A stretch of DNA of 64,000 nt from assembly GCA_000002435.2 (NCBI GenBank), contig CM018791.1, one strand, 5' to 3'. The notes beneath the pieces are model-generated. The model did not search any database and was not told where the DNA came from. It saw only the letters and a list, made by a program, of their open reading frames with translations. The position numbers were made by a program, and so were the translations under genes. This stretch comes from Giardia intestinalis (taxonomy: Eukaryota). How positions within the stretch are numbered: the first letter of the stretch is position 1; every line of letters begins with the position of its first letter. Positions 1-10,347 of this stretch are shown here, piece by piece.

Positions 1-3000
1 ACTGCGAGAAGCCATTGTTGTTGCCACTGATGTGGCGTCGATGGATCGTCTCGAGCCAGCTGATTGTCTTCCACGGCTTACGGAACTTGAGGTACGGCCT
101 ACAGACCCGTCCGGCTCTGGCACTGTTATAGGCGGTGTATAAGAAGTAGAATAACCAGTAGCGTGGTAAGCATGGTTACTATTGACACTGCGCATGTTAA
201 TCGTGATGGACTCAACGGTTGGAGTGCTCACAGGGTCATCACTTGCCGCAGCACGGGTAGGCTGAGGAATGGACCCCAGTGACACCTTTCGTTCCCGATC
301 AAAACTCAAGGTGCGAGGAGATGTCATCACCTTTGTGGTGCTGCTGCTTGCCTTTCCAGAAACTGTGGCCCGTCGCTGAACCGCTGGCGGGGCTGCCACC
401 GCAGCAGCAGCTGTCTGTTGCTTTGAAGTAGGCTTAGATGTGCCGTCCGTACGGTTGGGGCCGGCCATTGCTGCAAGACGCTGCCTCAGTCCATCGAAGC
501 GTGGATCCAGTGGGACAGTCGGTTCTGGATCGGTAGCAAGATCTTTGGTGAGCAAGGAATCCAGGGTAGGGGTTGGAAGCTCCCTGGTGGGAGCTTTAGG
601 CTCCTTCATCTCTTGGGCCACCCTGCTGAAGCGACTAGAAGGTATTTTAGCAGAGTATGCGGTGACCGTGGGCACCTGTGTAGTATGGGTCGATATGGGA
701 GCGCGCGAAGGCGAGCCTCCGTAGCTTTTCCTACGGACCTGACCGGTGTAAATGTTATCGATATCGCGTGCAAGACTGGGATTTGAGTCGTTGAACAGCT
801 CAGGAGGCACATCCAAGAGTACAGAGGATCTTTCGCTGGCGTCTGCATCCATGTCTCGCATGATTTTAATGAGTCTTTCGTTTCTTGGTACATGCGTCGA
901 GGTTGGGCGCTCCACCTCGTGCATTAGCATTTCTCGCTCCTTCTGCAGGCGCTCTCGTTCTCGGTTTATCCGTTCTCGTTCGCTCAAGTGCGATCCGCTT
1001 TGGCTCCGTGAATTTATTTCTGGGACTGGGATTGGGCGTTGATCCGAGATTATAGTATTTTTCGCGTTCTCAAGCGCATTCTTAAGAGTATCAGCGTGCC
1101 CCCTGTTCTTGGTTGGAGCTTCTTTAGGTATTCCCTTGTATTGCCCTATTCGCGCATTGGCAGGATCTGCTAGCACAGTAGTCAAAGAAACCGCAGAGGA
1201 CGATGCAGGTGCAGACTCTAAAGTTGAAGCAGGAGTTGGTTGCTTACTGGTTTGATTAGTAGCAAACCTATCACTATCCGTCTCAATGCTCGGCCGTAGG
1301 GTCCCAAGGGCTTGGCTGGCCGCATTCTCTGTGGAGCTTACTAGGTTCGTGTAGGGTCGTTGTCTGTCCGAAAGTATTTGGTCTACACTGCGGCGTCGTG
1401 CCGCCGAAGGTTGCTGCACAGAAGCTGCCGGTGCAGAGTCGCTTGACGGAAGAGACGCTGGCGTATTGGCAGACACTGCTACCGCCTGACGAACACTAGC
1501 GTTCTGCTGCTGCTGATGAAGAACCAAATTTGCGCTTTTGTTCTGTCCAAGGCTCTGAAGAGCCTCCGAGAAGTCGTGCTTTCCTGTGTTATAATAGGAA
1601 ACTGGCGTAGTGCAAGGCTGAGCAGCCTGCTCTGTGACCAGCGACTGCTTTGATACTGGATTTTTGTTGCTATAAGAAACATCGGAAAAGCCGTTGATTA
1701 TGTCACTGAGAGATGCTGTCTGCGCATCGTTGGACGAGGCCTTAATAAAACTGCCAACACCTGTAAGAATCTCACGACTATTGCGTTGCATTTGAGTCCG
1801 AGCCTCTATCATGAGTTGCGAATCATGGGAGGGAGCTGACGAAGTGGTTGGTCCATTGGAAAGACTATTGTACTGGGGTATCATTTCTTTTGTTATATTC
1901 ATTTTCCTCATAGCTTCCCTTACATCTGTCGGGTGAAAAACTGAAATATTGGTTTGATCAGACTGAAGCGCGTTTCCGATAAACTCGATGTGACTGTCGT
2001 TATATCTCTTTGGAGGACGAAGCTCTCTTGCCAGGAACTCGTGAGAGAACCTTGTAAACTCCGGAGACCCAAATAGTATCTTAATTAAGACAAGATTGCA
2101 GGAGTCTGGATGCGCCGCAGCATATGTTTCCAGCTCATCCAACGTCCGCGGGTAGGTTATGTAGTCCTGCGTCGGCTTCTCCTTGCCACGGATAGTCATG
2201 TGCGAGTACTTCGACTTAAACTCCCTGTCATCAACAACGCCAGCGGCCATACGAAGAAGCGTCTGTGCAAACATTACCATGAAAGAAGTCCAGGAGTCAC
2301 GATCCTTAACAGGTTTGTAGCAGGAGCCAGAGGATCCCACGCTGGATAGGATTGCGGAGTATGAGCGCAGGAGTCCTGAGTTGAGAAGGATGTGGTGAAC
2401 GACTGGGGGAGCCAGGTCACCGTACTCTGCCATGCACAGGACTAGCCTTCCGCCCAGGTAGTGGAGGGTAGACATGGATGGATTGGTTTCCATCAGGTGC
2501 AAAATCTTACTCAAGAAGCCATTGACACAGATTCGCTTAGCAATCTCGAGAGGACAGATTGGGTTATAGAACCTTGTTCCGTCCATGTGAGAAAAGATAA
2601 ACGTTGCTGAGAGCTTCGTGGTGCTGGGCCCTCCGCTACCGGACTGGGAAGTGGGGGAGAGGTACCCGTAGGTGAGAGGGTTGAGGTCGTTCATGAGAAA
2701 GGCATTAAGGTCAAGGCCAGAAAATTCATTTGCAGGGGGTTCCCCATACTGCTTGTAATGCATAGCAATCTTAATGTCTGCAGAGATGCCCAAAAGCCGC
2801 GCCAATACTTCTAGAATCATGAAAACGTTAGAGTTAAAAGAAACAAACTTATTCTGCAATCTGTCTATGGCAGAAACGGTGTCGAAAAAAATATCATGAT
2901 AGTCCACATTGATGGACCTTAGGTGAGCATCATGTAACCTGGTGAGTTTTGCTGGATTGGGAGCGTGCATGTAAATTGGATCGGCGTCATACGGCGCTGG

Positions 3001-4107
3001 CTTGGCCTTGACCTGCGTTTGCCGGACAACCCCAACTAACTTCGACAGCATATCTTGACACCTCAGGGCAGAATTATAGCACATCCAGGCCATAGCATAA
3101 ACAAGAACGTTGCCTGCCTTTCTAATATGCATGCTGGTAAAGGATTGCGTTGTGGACGGGGATACAGGGGCTTTAGGTACCGTAGAAAGACTAAGCATCG
3201 GGATACCTGAGAATACCACAGAGGCGATGGTGGGTACGTGAACAAGGATAACGTTTATCAGCTCGTGAAGATTCTTGCTGAACACGCGAGTTAAGATGAA
3301 GGAGCAGTTATTGGCACTAGCAGTTGACGGCACCTCGTACTTGCAGAGAAGTAGATCAATCAGTGTCTCTAGTGTTTTATTTTCACGCAGAAGAGCATAT
3401 ATTTCGTTTTTGCAGGTCTGAGGGAAGTCGTCCTGACAAATAATAAAATTCCGCAGTGCTTCTGCTACGCCGGAGTTCTCTAACGCTGCGATCCAGTATC
3501 CAAGACACCTACTGCATTCTGGGCTTCTTAGGGCGGAAGTAAAAGCAGAAATGCGTGTGGGAGTGGAAATAAACGCCGTTACAATAATGACGAAATAGCG
3601 AGCAATAATGGGGTTCGGACGTACTTGGGGGAGCGGCACCCTGTCAGTAGTGAGGGTAGATGAGTAGTTCTGGGCCAAAAACTGAAAAAGAAGAGCTAAA
3701 GCAGTGCGATGAGAAATAAACCTGTCCAGAAAGGGCGAACTGTGCATGGTCTGGGAGAAGATCTCTGCAGCTATGTCGGCAAGCTCCATTCTATGAATTA
3801 TGGGCGTGGTGTACACGACACTTGGCTGGATTCCTGGTCGTCCTTGGTAATAGCTTTCTATCTGGTGCTGTGCGGCTAAGTCTACACACATTACTTCTAT
3901 TATGCGAAGAATAGTCTGAGGATTGCAGAGGTAGCTCAGAAGAACCTTATTATCTGCACGCAAATAGGGAATAAAATCGCTATGCTTGAGAACCCTTTCA
4001 AATTGCCCCGCTGAGATGAGCATCTCAATGGATCCGGTGGCCAGCGCGCCCTGAGAGCCTGGCTGCTGCCGGCCATGGGCCAAAAGATGGCTCATACCCG
4101 AAAGCAT
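1..4107 (-). CDS. SAPS-domain protein, putative PP6/Sit4 phosphatase regulatory subunit-like; 3'-partial (C-terminus runs off window start), at least 1365 aa
   Basis: Continuous open frame on the minus strand from ATG at 4107 (second in-frame ATG at 4095) down to position 1 with no stop. It is absent from the ORF track only because it has no in-window stop. I checked the frame by hand at the start, in the middle (about 1980-2040) and at the end. The N-terminal roughly 750 aa are helical, and the segment ...DNKVLLSYLCNPQTILRIIEVM...IAAEIFSQ... recalls the SAPS family N-terminus. The C-terminal half is S/T/P/A-rich low complexity. Immediately upstream (4108-4140 on the + strand) is AT-rich. Confidence 0.45.
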   Translation of the reverse strand, partial: MLSGMSHLLAHGRQQPGSQGALATGSIEMLISAGQFERVLKHSDFIPYLRADNKVLLSYLCNPQTILRIIEVMCVDLAAQHQIESYYQGRPGIQPSVVYTTPIIHRMELADIAAEIFSQTMHSSPFLDRFISHRTALALLFQFLAQNYSSTLTTDRVPLPQVRPNPIIARYFVIIVTAFISTPTRISAFTSALRSPECSRCLGYWIAALENSGVAEALRNFIICQDDFPQTCKNEIYALLRENKTLETLIDLLLCKYEVPSTASANNCSFILTRVFSKNLHELINVILVHVPTIASVVFSGIPMLSLSTVPKAPVSPSTTQSFTSMHIRKAGNVLVYAMAWMCYNSALRCQDMLSKLVGVVRQTQVKAKPAPYDADPIYMHAPNPAKLTRLHDAHLRSINVDYHDIFFDTVSAIDRLQNKFVSFNSNVFMILEVLARLLGISADIKIAMHYKQYGEPPANEFSGLDLNAFLMNDLNPLTYGYLSPTSQSGSGGPSTTKLSATFIFSHMDGTRFYNPICPLEIAKRICVNGFLSKILHLMETNPSMSTLHYLGGRLVLCMAEYGDLAPPVVHHILLNSGLLRSYSAILSSVGSSGSCYKPVKDRDSWTSFMVMFAQTLLRMAAGVVDDREFKSKYSHMTIRGKEKPTQDYITYPRTLDELETYAAAHPDSCNLVLIKILFGSPEFTRFSHEFLARELRPPKRYNDSHIEFIGNALQSDQTNISVFHPTDVREAMRKMNITKEMIPQYNSLSNGPTTSSAPSHDSQLMIEARTQMQRNSREILTGVGSFIKASSNDAQTASLSDIINGFSDVSYSNKNPVSKQSLVTEQAAQPCTTPVSYYNTGKHDFSEALQSLGQNKSANLVLHQQQQNASVRQAVAVSANTPASLPSSDSAPAASVQQPSAARRRSVDQILSDRQRPYTNLVSSTENAASQALGTLRPSIETDSDRFATNQTSKQPTPASTLESAPASSSAVSLTTVLADPANARIGQYKGIPKEAPTKNRGHADTLKNALENAKNTIISDQRPIPVPEINSRSQSGSHLSERERINRERERLQKEREMLMHEVERPTSTHVPRNERLIKIMRDMDADASERSSVLLDVPPELFNDSNPSLARDIDNIYTGQVRRKSYGGSPSRAPISTHTTQVPTVTAYSAKIPSSRFSRVAQEMKEPKAPTRELPTPTLDSLLTKDLATDPEPTVPLDPRFDGLRQRLAAMAGPNRTDGTSKPTSKQQTAAAAVAAPPAVQRRATVSGKASSSTTKVMTSPRTLSFDRERKVSLGSIPQPTRAAASDDPVSTPTVESITINMRSVNSNHAYHATGYSTSYTPPITVPEPDGSVGRTSSSVSRGRQSAGSRRSIDATSVATTMASRS

Positions 4108-4225
4108 AGGATTTATTTTTTGAATTTAGTGGTCGAGAAAGCGCGTAGTGCGGCCCACACTAAAGGGTCGTTACATTTACTTCTCTTGTGTATGGAAGCA
4201 TGGGGAGCGACAAGTGAACTCTGGA

Positions 4226-4690
4226 CTAGACACGCCCCATTTGCATCGCACGGATGTTCCGCAAGAACCGGCCTATCGGTGTCATATAGCCGTACTTTCT
4301 CTGGTGGAAAAATTGGATCGAATAAGCAACGACGACGCCCACCCACGGAAGAACAAAGCTTGCTATTTCTTGCCACTCCTGCCTGTTAGAGTCGTAGGGA
4401 AAGTAGGTCAACAAGTTGAGAAGAAGGTAGCTCCGGCTAAGATAGTAGCAACTGATGGGTGCCGAAGCCACAGCAAGAACTAAAAAGACATACAAGCCTA
4501 TGTTTGACGATTCGTAGAAGATCAGGGTCAAAATCACAGAGAAGAAGGCGTAGATATTTGGTCTTGTAATGTAAGCGTACATCAATATAAAAAGTGTCTG
4601 GGCACGGAGATACTCATGAACCGCAACTGCTCCGGGAGAAACAGTGGGAATGTCGGCCATTCTATCCGTTTTTTTCTTGTTTAAAGACAT
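4226..4690 (-). CDS. hypothetical small membrane protein (about 4 predicted TM helices), 154 aa
   Basis: ATG-initiated ORF (cat at 4688-4690 on +). It has four hydrophobic stretches, and its basic C-terminus reads ...HQRKYGYMTPIGRFLRNIRAMQMGRV. I recognise no family. Confidence 0.5.
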   Translation of the reverse strand: MSLNKKKTDRMADIPTVSPGAVAVHEYLRAQTLFILMYAYITRPNIYAFFSVILTLIFYESSNIGLYVFLVLAVASAPISCYYLSRSYLLLNLLTYFPYDSNRQEWQEIASFVLPWVGVVVAYSIQFFHQRKYGYMTPIGRFLRNIRAMQMGRV

Positions 4691-5091
4691 TTGAGGGCTA
4701 TGCTTTTGACGCTCCAGAGGGGCCTACTGTCCATCATGTCCACCGTGAGCGTGTGGGCATAAATGTCTTTGGCGGAAACATTGAACAAAAGTAGGTACGA
4801 GGCTATGGTTTGAAAAATAAAGTGCACATGGCCGGCCTCTTGGCCCCTAGGAATTGTGCTTGCGCTTGAGAGGGACCTATGCAACGCGCTGGCCTGAAGG
4901 TATACGTCCATAAAATCTTTTCCATTATGAAGTATTTTGTCCGCACATGCCTCAAGTTCATCTGTCTCCCGGGTTGTCTGGGCATTTGTGTCAAGGTTTT
5001 TCTGGAAGACTTCTAAATAAGTACATGTGCTATCAACCAGTTCTATTGCCCTGTCAAGGACATCCACCATTTGTCTTAATACCGTAGCCAT
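4681..5091 (-). CDS. hypothetical protein, 136 aa
   Basis: ATG-initiated ORF (cat at 5089-5091). Its stop codon (4683..4681) lies 7 nt downstream of the ATG of the next minus-strand ORF (4690), so the two ORFs overlap by 10 nt in different frames. Confidence 0.45.
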   Translation of the reverse strand: MATVLRQMVDVLDRAIELVDSTCTYLEVFQKNLDTNAQTTRETDELEACADKILHNGKDFMDVYLQASALHRSLSSASTIPRGQEAGHVHFIFQTIASYLLLFNVSAKDIYAHTLTVDMMDSRPLWSVKSIALKCL

Positions 5092-5106
5092 TTTTTTGTC
5101 CTCACT

Positions 5107-6390
5107 ATGACCCTGACTCTCTCAGCGTCCCCGTCGCCCCTTCCTATTCGGCCCTCGTCAACGGCCGTTCTAGCCATTACAAACTCGGGGACAACTGGCT
5201 ATTGCTTCCAACTGGCGGCAAAGTACAAGAACGAACTTAAGTATTCTCCAAAGCGCGGCTTCATTTCTGCGGGAGCTGAGCAGCTTATAACTGTTGCAGC
5301 TCTGAGTAACTTAACACCGGGGCTTCGGGTGCAGATCTACGCCGTCGCAACGGAGAAGTCGCTCGGCATTCCAGATGATGACATGGTCAAAGTGATCATC
5401 GACGGTGCTAAGCGGCTCAAGACTCCCTGCGTCAATCTGAAGGTGGACGTTGTCAATCTAAACGCTCACACTACTAAAGAGCACCTGCCCCAACTGCCGC
5501 CTGCCCATATGCAGAAAAACCATGGCGTCGCCCCCAATTTCGGAAACGATAGTGAGACCAGTTTATTCGACAATTACTTAACACAGACGCAGAAGAACTC
5601 GTGCTCATTAACAAATAATACAGACACTTTATATAGCAGCGATCACACTTGCATTTCCTTGATCGACTCCCAATTGTGTGAAGCATCCAATAAGCGGATT
5701 GGGCAGGGAAACAGCCAGGGAATCGATAAGTTAGACGTTGACGTGGGACAGCTTAAGCTTAAGCTTCAGACACTGGAGAATAAAGTAGACGCCATTCTGG
5801 AAACCGTGCCGTTGGCGTCCACATCCATTAAGCTGGGCGTTTCACAAAACTTCGAGCTATCAGAGGCTGACATGAACGGTGTTATCTCTGCCGTTATAGA
5901 GCGCTTGTCAGCAGAATTCAAGGCCCAGCTGGTCGCGTCTGTATGCACTGTAGCAGCACCGCATCCCGATGGATCAAAGCAGGAGGTACTTGTGCAGGAA
6001 TCCTTGCCGAAAAAAGAAGTAAGTTCCACTTCACAGGAGGACGGGGAACAGTCGCAAAGGAAAGTGCCCGCTGAAACAGCTATTACTGATGTACGTAGTG
6101 CACAACACAAAAACCAACTAGATGACGAGATTGAGGCAGCAACGAATAATAACAAAAACAGCAATCTTAACAGTACATTGAATGGTACTGAGAGAGAAGC
6201 CAGCGGAGTAAGGGACAGGCTCTCTGGACAGCCACCTACTCCCGAAGCACCAAGGTCATCCCCTGGCACCAGTGTAGGGAAGCAGCTGCAAAATGCTCTG
6301 GGTCAAGTGCTCATACTATCCATTATATTTGCTATTGCAGCGTGCAGTAAGCTGTTGAAAAGAGCACTGCGCTCCAAAAAGGAAGCATAG
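5107..6390 (+). CDS. MSP-domain protein, VAP (VAMP-associated protein)-like, tail-anchored; 427 aa
   Basis: ATG at 5107. The N-terminal roughly 120 aa resemble an MSP domain (...AVLAITNSGTTGYCFQLAAKYKNELKYSPKRGFISAGAEQLITVA...). A central coiled-coil segment follows (DVGQLKLKLQTLENKVDAILE), and a single C-terminal TM helix (VLILSIIFAIAACSKLL) is followed by a short basic tail. This is the typical VAP architecture. Confidence 0.5.
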   Translation: MTLTLSASPSPLPIRPSSTAVLAITNSGTTGYCFQLAAKYKNELKYSPKRGFISAGAEQLITVAALSNLTPGLRVQIYAVATEKSLGIPDDDMVKVIIDGAKRLKTPCVNLKVDVVNLNAHTTKEHLPQLPPAHMQKNHGVAPNFGNDSETSLFDNYLTQTQKNSCSLTNNTDTLYSSDHTCISLIDSQLCEASNKRIGQGNSQGIDKLDVDVGQLKLKLQTLENKVDAILETVPLASTSIKLGVSQNFELSEADMNGVISAVIERLSAEFKAQLVASVCTVAAPHPDGSKQEVLVQESLPKKEVSSTSQEDGEQSQRKVPAETAITDVRSAQHKNQLDDEIEAATNNNKNSNLNSTLNGTEREASGVRDRLSGQPPTPEAPRSSPGTSVGKQLQNALGQVLILSIIFAIAACSKLLKRALRSKKEA

Positions 6391-6441
6391 ACGCTACAAG
6401 ACTAAGGCAGCAAGACCAGGGCCACAGGGCCAAGTACAGTG

Positions 6442-9400
6442 TCACGGTTTTTCTTCTTGAATGGTGGAGCCAATTATATAAAAGACCCCGATACCCCGCG
6501 CCAACGAGTCACGCAATCCCGTGATTCTGTCAATAAGCTCGTTCTTTATGTTGGAGAACTTTAGAGACCAGTCGAGCGCAACGTTTTCAAATATAAAGGC
6601 ATTTATATCCGCTTTTATCATGCACTTAAGTATCTTAGTCAGAAACACAACGTGGGAAGCATACTCCTGTTCTGCTGTTGCTTGGGCTCTCGTAGAACCC
6701 AGCTCTTCGTTATCATTGATGAAACTAGTGAGTACGCACAGTCGCACGCGCACCTGGAGCTTCATACTGTTCAGGTTCCTGATAATCTTCAGAGTCAAGT
6801 CTGTGTATTGCAACGTGTTGACCGGGATTCCTGTCTTCTGCGTGATATCATCAATCAGGTCTTTATAGACAACAAGATCCAGCCTTTTTGACGTAAGTTC
6901 CTGCGCTTTTCTGCTGAATCCGACCACCACTGGATCCTCATCAGTCGAGTCAGTGCTCTCGTCTCTTCCGTGCTTCTGTGGCGGTGTTCGTGGGTCATCT
7001 GCCTCATCGGTGGTCTCGTCCGAGTCTACTATAAACCCGTCAAGTGTGGAGTCCACTTCAGTGATAGAGTCGCTTGTGTATGTACTACAATCCAAACTAT
7101 ACGAATTCTCCGTTCCTCCGTCGACAGCATCTGCACCTACGCGGCCGGAACGACCTCCCTTATTCAGCTCAGAGTCTTCTGGACGGGAATTCCCGTGAAA
7201 CCTCCTCACCACATGATCGAAGAATCTGTCCCCTGATGCCGAAGTCGATGTCTTCTTCCCGAGCTCTGCAGAATTCTTACTACTGGCTTGTGGTCTCCAC
7301 TCTAGTGAGCTGCTCAGTATGTCAGTAAGCATGCTATTAAGATGGTCCTGGCGATAAGCAGGGGCGTACTTAAAGCTCAGCTTGTTAATAATTATGGTGA
7401 GGGCTGGCTGGCCAATCAATAGATAGAACAGGAGTAGTATCTCTAGCTTTGTACTATATACTATTGTTATCGTCTCTATATTAATCTTTCTGATTGCTGG
7501 TGAAACACACGAAAGGAGCCCTCCCTGTAGCATATGAATCAGGTCATAAGCTGAAAAGTGTAGCGAAATGATGCAGATCGATGTGCTTCCCTTCATGCAT
7601 TCACCAAACTCATCCTTGTGTAGCTTAGCAAGCAGCCCGATCCCATAGAGCTGTTGGGTGTTGGGTATAACTCCAGGAGCTGGGTGAATGTAGAAGCGGC
7701 GATATTCTTTGGAGTAAATCACAGGCGCTACGGCACGCAGCTGGGAATTTATCATCGGGGAAGCATGCGACCTAAGGAGATTGTGCACACACCGAATAAA
7801 CTTGCTCTCTTTTGAAAGCTGGGAGTCATTCAAACCCATTATCAAGGATGCTCCCCAATCCACAGTGACATCTATGAATGGAAGTAGCTGATGACTAGAC
7901 GTGTTCGCTTTGTTTCTGCAGTTGCAGTCACCTGGATCTGGTACTGTTTTGCTAACATCACTTGCCGTTATCTTTAAAAAGGGTTCAGACAGCGATCCCT
8001 TAGACCCTGTAGTGCCCATATCTGCAGTGCCTTTAATCAGGAGTCTGTCCATGCTTCGAGCGTAATATCCACCAGTTAAGTATGCCTTTACCATGGCCTG
8101 AATGGTGCGCTGGCAGATACTGTGGACATCTTCGTATGCCACATAGCTTGTTATGGCTGCACTGACATTCGGAGGAGAGAGCTCGCGCAACACTGGATGT
8201 TTGCGCAGTGCAGATCTTTTGAGGTCCAGTAGATATACCTTGCGAAGGACCTCATAGCTTATCGAGAGGATGTATCCATTGTAGACTAGGAATGTGTTAG
8301 CATTATCAACGTACTCGTCGATATACCTAAAAATTCTATTATGCTCGAAGAGTCCTGGTAATCGTGTGTAATCAGCGTCAGTGCAGTTCTCGCTAAACGA
8401 TTCTAATGTGCCCATGGTCCGCTTCATTAGCTTATCTATACTGCGCCGCGGGGACGGGTATAGGTTGCTCTCCTCTTCTTCTGAATATGAGGCTGTCTGT
8501 ATGAAGCTCACAGAGCTGTATTCTGTCGAGCTCCCTCTGCCTGGAGCAAGTTCTGCGTGGTTGTTTTCAAGTAGAGCTGCAGGATTCCGCGGGGCAGATG
8601 CATGTGTAAAGGTGATATCTGTCGCAGAAGAATTGAACTCGGGGCTTGCTCTGATCTGAATCTTAATGAGCTTTCGTATCAGCCTTGCTGCCACTTTGTC
8701 GCAGTAAAACGGGGAGCTCTTAGTTGCAAATATGCTCTGGATAAAGCAATCTGGATCGTCTGTATCTTTTGCTGCGTCGCGTGCTGCGCTACATATCTGA
8801 CAATCGCGCATACACAAGAACCTCCTGTAGTTGGTGAAGGGCGTATCACTATCAGTAGAGCTAATAGTGTTGTGTGCTTCTTTATTTCTGGCCACGCTTG
8901 AGGCGGAGATTTCCGACTTGACGAGCTGAGGAATCAGGTTAGTAGATGTACTGCTGAAACTCGACATGGTGCTGTCGAAGTATGTACGGCGGACAAGTGT
9001 ATACAACTCTGCTAGGTGCTCGTGGAGCATCAAGCAGTCATGGTTCTCTCTTGCCTCGTCAAACATACCTTCAAAAAACCGGCTATTCATCAATGCATCA
9101 TATGGAAGGCATAACACTAGCGGCGTTTCTATCACTGAGATGGCTCCTGTCTTCTTTTTATTGTAGGATAAGATGATGGCGCGAGATGTGGGCGGCAAGA
9201 TAAATGTGAGCTTAATGAGTCCAGACGGCACCGTGTGGAGCCTTTTCTTCGAATACCGGCGTTTATATAGATTGCTATCTTTGGCTGATGGTGTTATACG
9301 CAAAAACTTTAATAGGTGATTGAAGTTGGGCAGCAAAACAACGAGCTCCTTCTCCTTTAGTGCGTCTAGCTCTATAGTAATTTGGTGCGTCTCTACAGAC

Positions 9401-10326
9401 GGCGTTCCTGATTGTTCTAGGTATGAAATTAGCTTTCGCATAATGAGATTAAAACTGAGAAGGGAAAGTGCTAAGGAAGGAGAGTATATTAGTCCCTCAC
9501 GGCTGCTAGGGGTGCTTTTGGCATCTGTTCTGTCCAGCCTAATCTGATCTTCTTCAAAGCATTTGGTGATTCTGGAGAAAAACGCCCTTGCTCGCCGATG
9601 GGAGATGTTAACTAATTTATTTCCCCCCAAAGATTTGGCTATTAAAAGTAGGCAGAAGTACATATAGACTATGTACTTTGGAACCATGTAGAGATTCTTA
9701 AAGTTGCTGTTGTCCTCAAGAAGAACGTGTACGGTTGGGGGCAGTGAAAAGCCATGGGTAACCTCTGGAGTAAACAGGAAGGGATATCTATTCGAAGAAA
9801 CCTGTGCAGGCGACGCATAAAAGCTTTGCAGCAAGCGGCTATTCACGGTAACTTCTAGCCAATATAACCTCGAGTGCAGCAGCCTGAAAATCTCTGGAAT
9901 GGCAGAATCACAGGACAAGTGTGTTAAGGAGATGACCTTTTGGATTGACTGCAGAGTGCTGGCTTGGGTGTCTATAGTGATGTTCTTGAGCCAAAGGTTG
10001 CGAAGGCCCTTCCGTGGCTCGTTCAAGTGACTCAGTAATTGCCCCAAGCACTCCAGTGAATCAAATCGGAGATTTGCTAGCCGCAAGCGTGAGACAGCTA
10101 AAGCTTTTGCGCTGCTGAGAGGGGATGATCGTATGTACCCGTGCGAAAGGTCCAGGCTCTCTAAGCGCACGTAGTGAATGAAGATTTTCTGCAGTCTCTG
10201 AAATACTTGAGAACTTGTCAACTCCTTGTCATCTAAAGATATGCTCAAGAGAGCAGCATAATTTAATGACTTAGGGGGGAAATGAATCTTTGAGTCAACG
10301 TAAACCGGAAAGAGTAGGTAGTTCAT
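6442..10326 (-). CDS. hypothetical protein, 1294 aa (N-terminal leucine-rich-repeat-like region, internal acidic S/T/D/E-rich stretch)
   Basis: ATG verified (cat at 10324-10326). It is a long uninterrupted ORF in a compact genome. No catalytic motifs recognised. Confidence 0.7.
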   Translation of the reverse strand: MNYLLFPVYVDSKIHFPPKSLNYAALLSISLDDKELTSSQVFQRLQKIFIHYVRLESLDLSHGYIRSSPLSSAKALAVSRLRLANLRFDSLECLGQLLSHLNEPRKGLRNLWLKNITIDTQASTLQSIQKVISLTHLSCDSAIPEIFRLLHSRLYWLEVTVNSRLLQSFYASPAQVSSNRYPFLFTPEVTHGFSLPPTVHVLLEDNSNFKNLYMVPKYIVYMYFCLLLIAKSLGGNKLVNISHRRARAFFSRITKCFEEDQIRLDRTDAKSTPSSREGLIYSPSLALSLLSFNLIMRKLISYLEQSGTPSVETHQITIELDALKEKELVVLLPNFNHLLKFLRITPSAKDSNLYKRRYSKKRLHTVPSGLIKLTFILPPTSRAIILSYNKKKTGAISVIETPLVLCLPYDALMNSRFFEGMFDEARENHDCLMLHEHLAELYTLVRRTYFDSTMSSFSSTSTNLIPQLVKSEISASSVARNKEAHNTISSTDSDTPFTNYRRFLCMRDCQICSAARDAAKDTDDPDCFIQSIFATKSSPFYCDKVAARLIRKLIKIQIRASPEFNSSATDITFTHASAPRNPAALLENNHAELAPGRGSSTEYSSVSFIQTASYSEEEESNLYPSPRRSIDKLMKRTMGTLESFSENCTDADYTRLPGLFEHNRIFRYIDEYVDNANTFLVYNGYILSISYEVLRKVYLLDLKRSALRKHPVLRELSPPNVSAAITSYVAYEDVHSICQRTIQAMVKAYLTGGYYARSMDRLLIKGTADMGTTGSKGSLSEPFLKITASDVSKTVPDPGDCNCRNKANTSSHQLLPFIDVTVDWGASLIMGLNDSQLSKESKFIRCVHNLLRSHASPMINSQLRAVAPVIYSKEYRRFYIHPAPGVIPNTQQLYGIGLLAKLHKDEFGECMKGSTSICIISLHFSAYDLIHMLQGGLLSCVSPAIRKINIETITIVYSTKLEILLLFYLLIGQPALTIIINKLSFKYAPAYRQDHLNSMLTDILSSSLEWRPQASSKNSAELGKKTSTSASGDRFFDHVVRRFHGNSRPEDSELNKGGRSGRVGADAVDGGTENSYSLDCSTYTSDSITEVDSTLDGFIVDSDETTDEADDPRTPPQKHGRDESTDSTDEDPVVVGFSRKAQELTSKRLDLVVYKDLIDDITQKTGIPVNTLQYTDLTLKIIRNLNSMKLQVRVRLCVLTSFINDNEELGSTRAQATAEQEYASHVVFLTKILKCMIKADINAFIFENVALDWSLKFSNIKNELIDRITGLRDSLARGIGVFYIIGSTIQEEKP

Positions 10327-10347
10327 AATCTAAAATTTTGACGCGGG
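10327..10347. promoter_or_regulatory. 21-bp divergent intergenic spacer (putative bidirectional promoter) between the 1294-aa gene and the NEK-like gene
   Basis: The sequence is aatctaaaattttgacgcggg. The start codons of both flanking ORFs were verified. An AT-rich core lies directly upstream of both ATGs. Confidence 0.4.

Noticed and set aside
5474-6269. Minus-strand ORFs of 70 and 167 aa inside the VAP-like gene, and many similar 60-120-aa ORFs nested antisense in the large genes (for example 6521-7328, 8381-9547, 22985-26404, 40378-45401, 51358-55960)
   Set aside because: They are nested antisense in longer, motif-supported ORFs with low-complexity products. They are best treated as chance ORFs.
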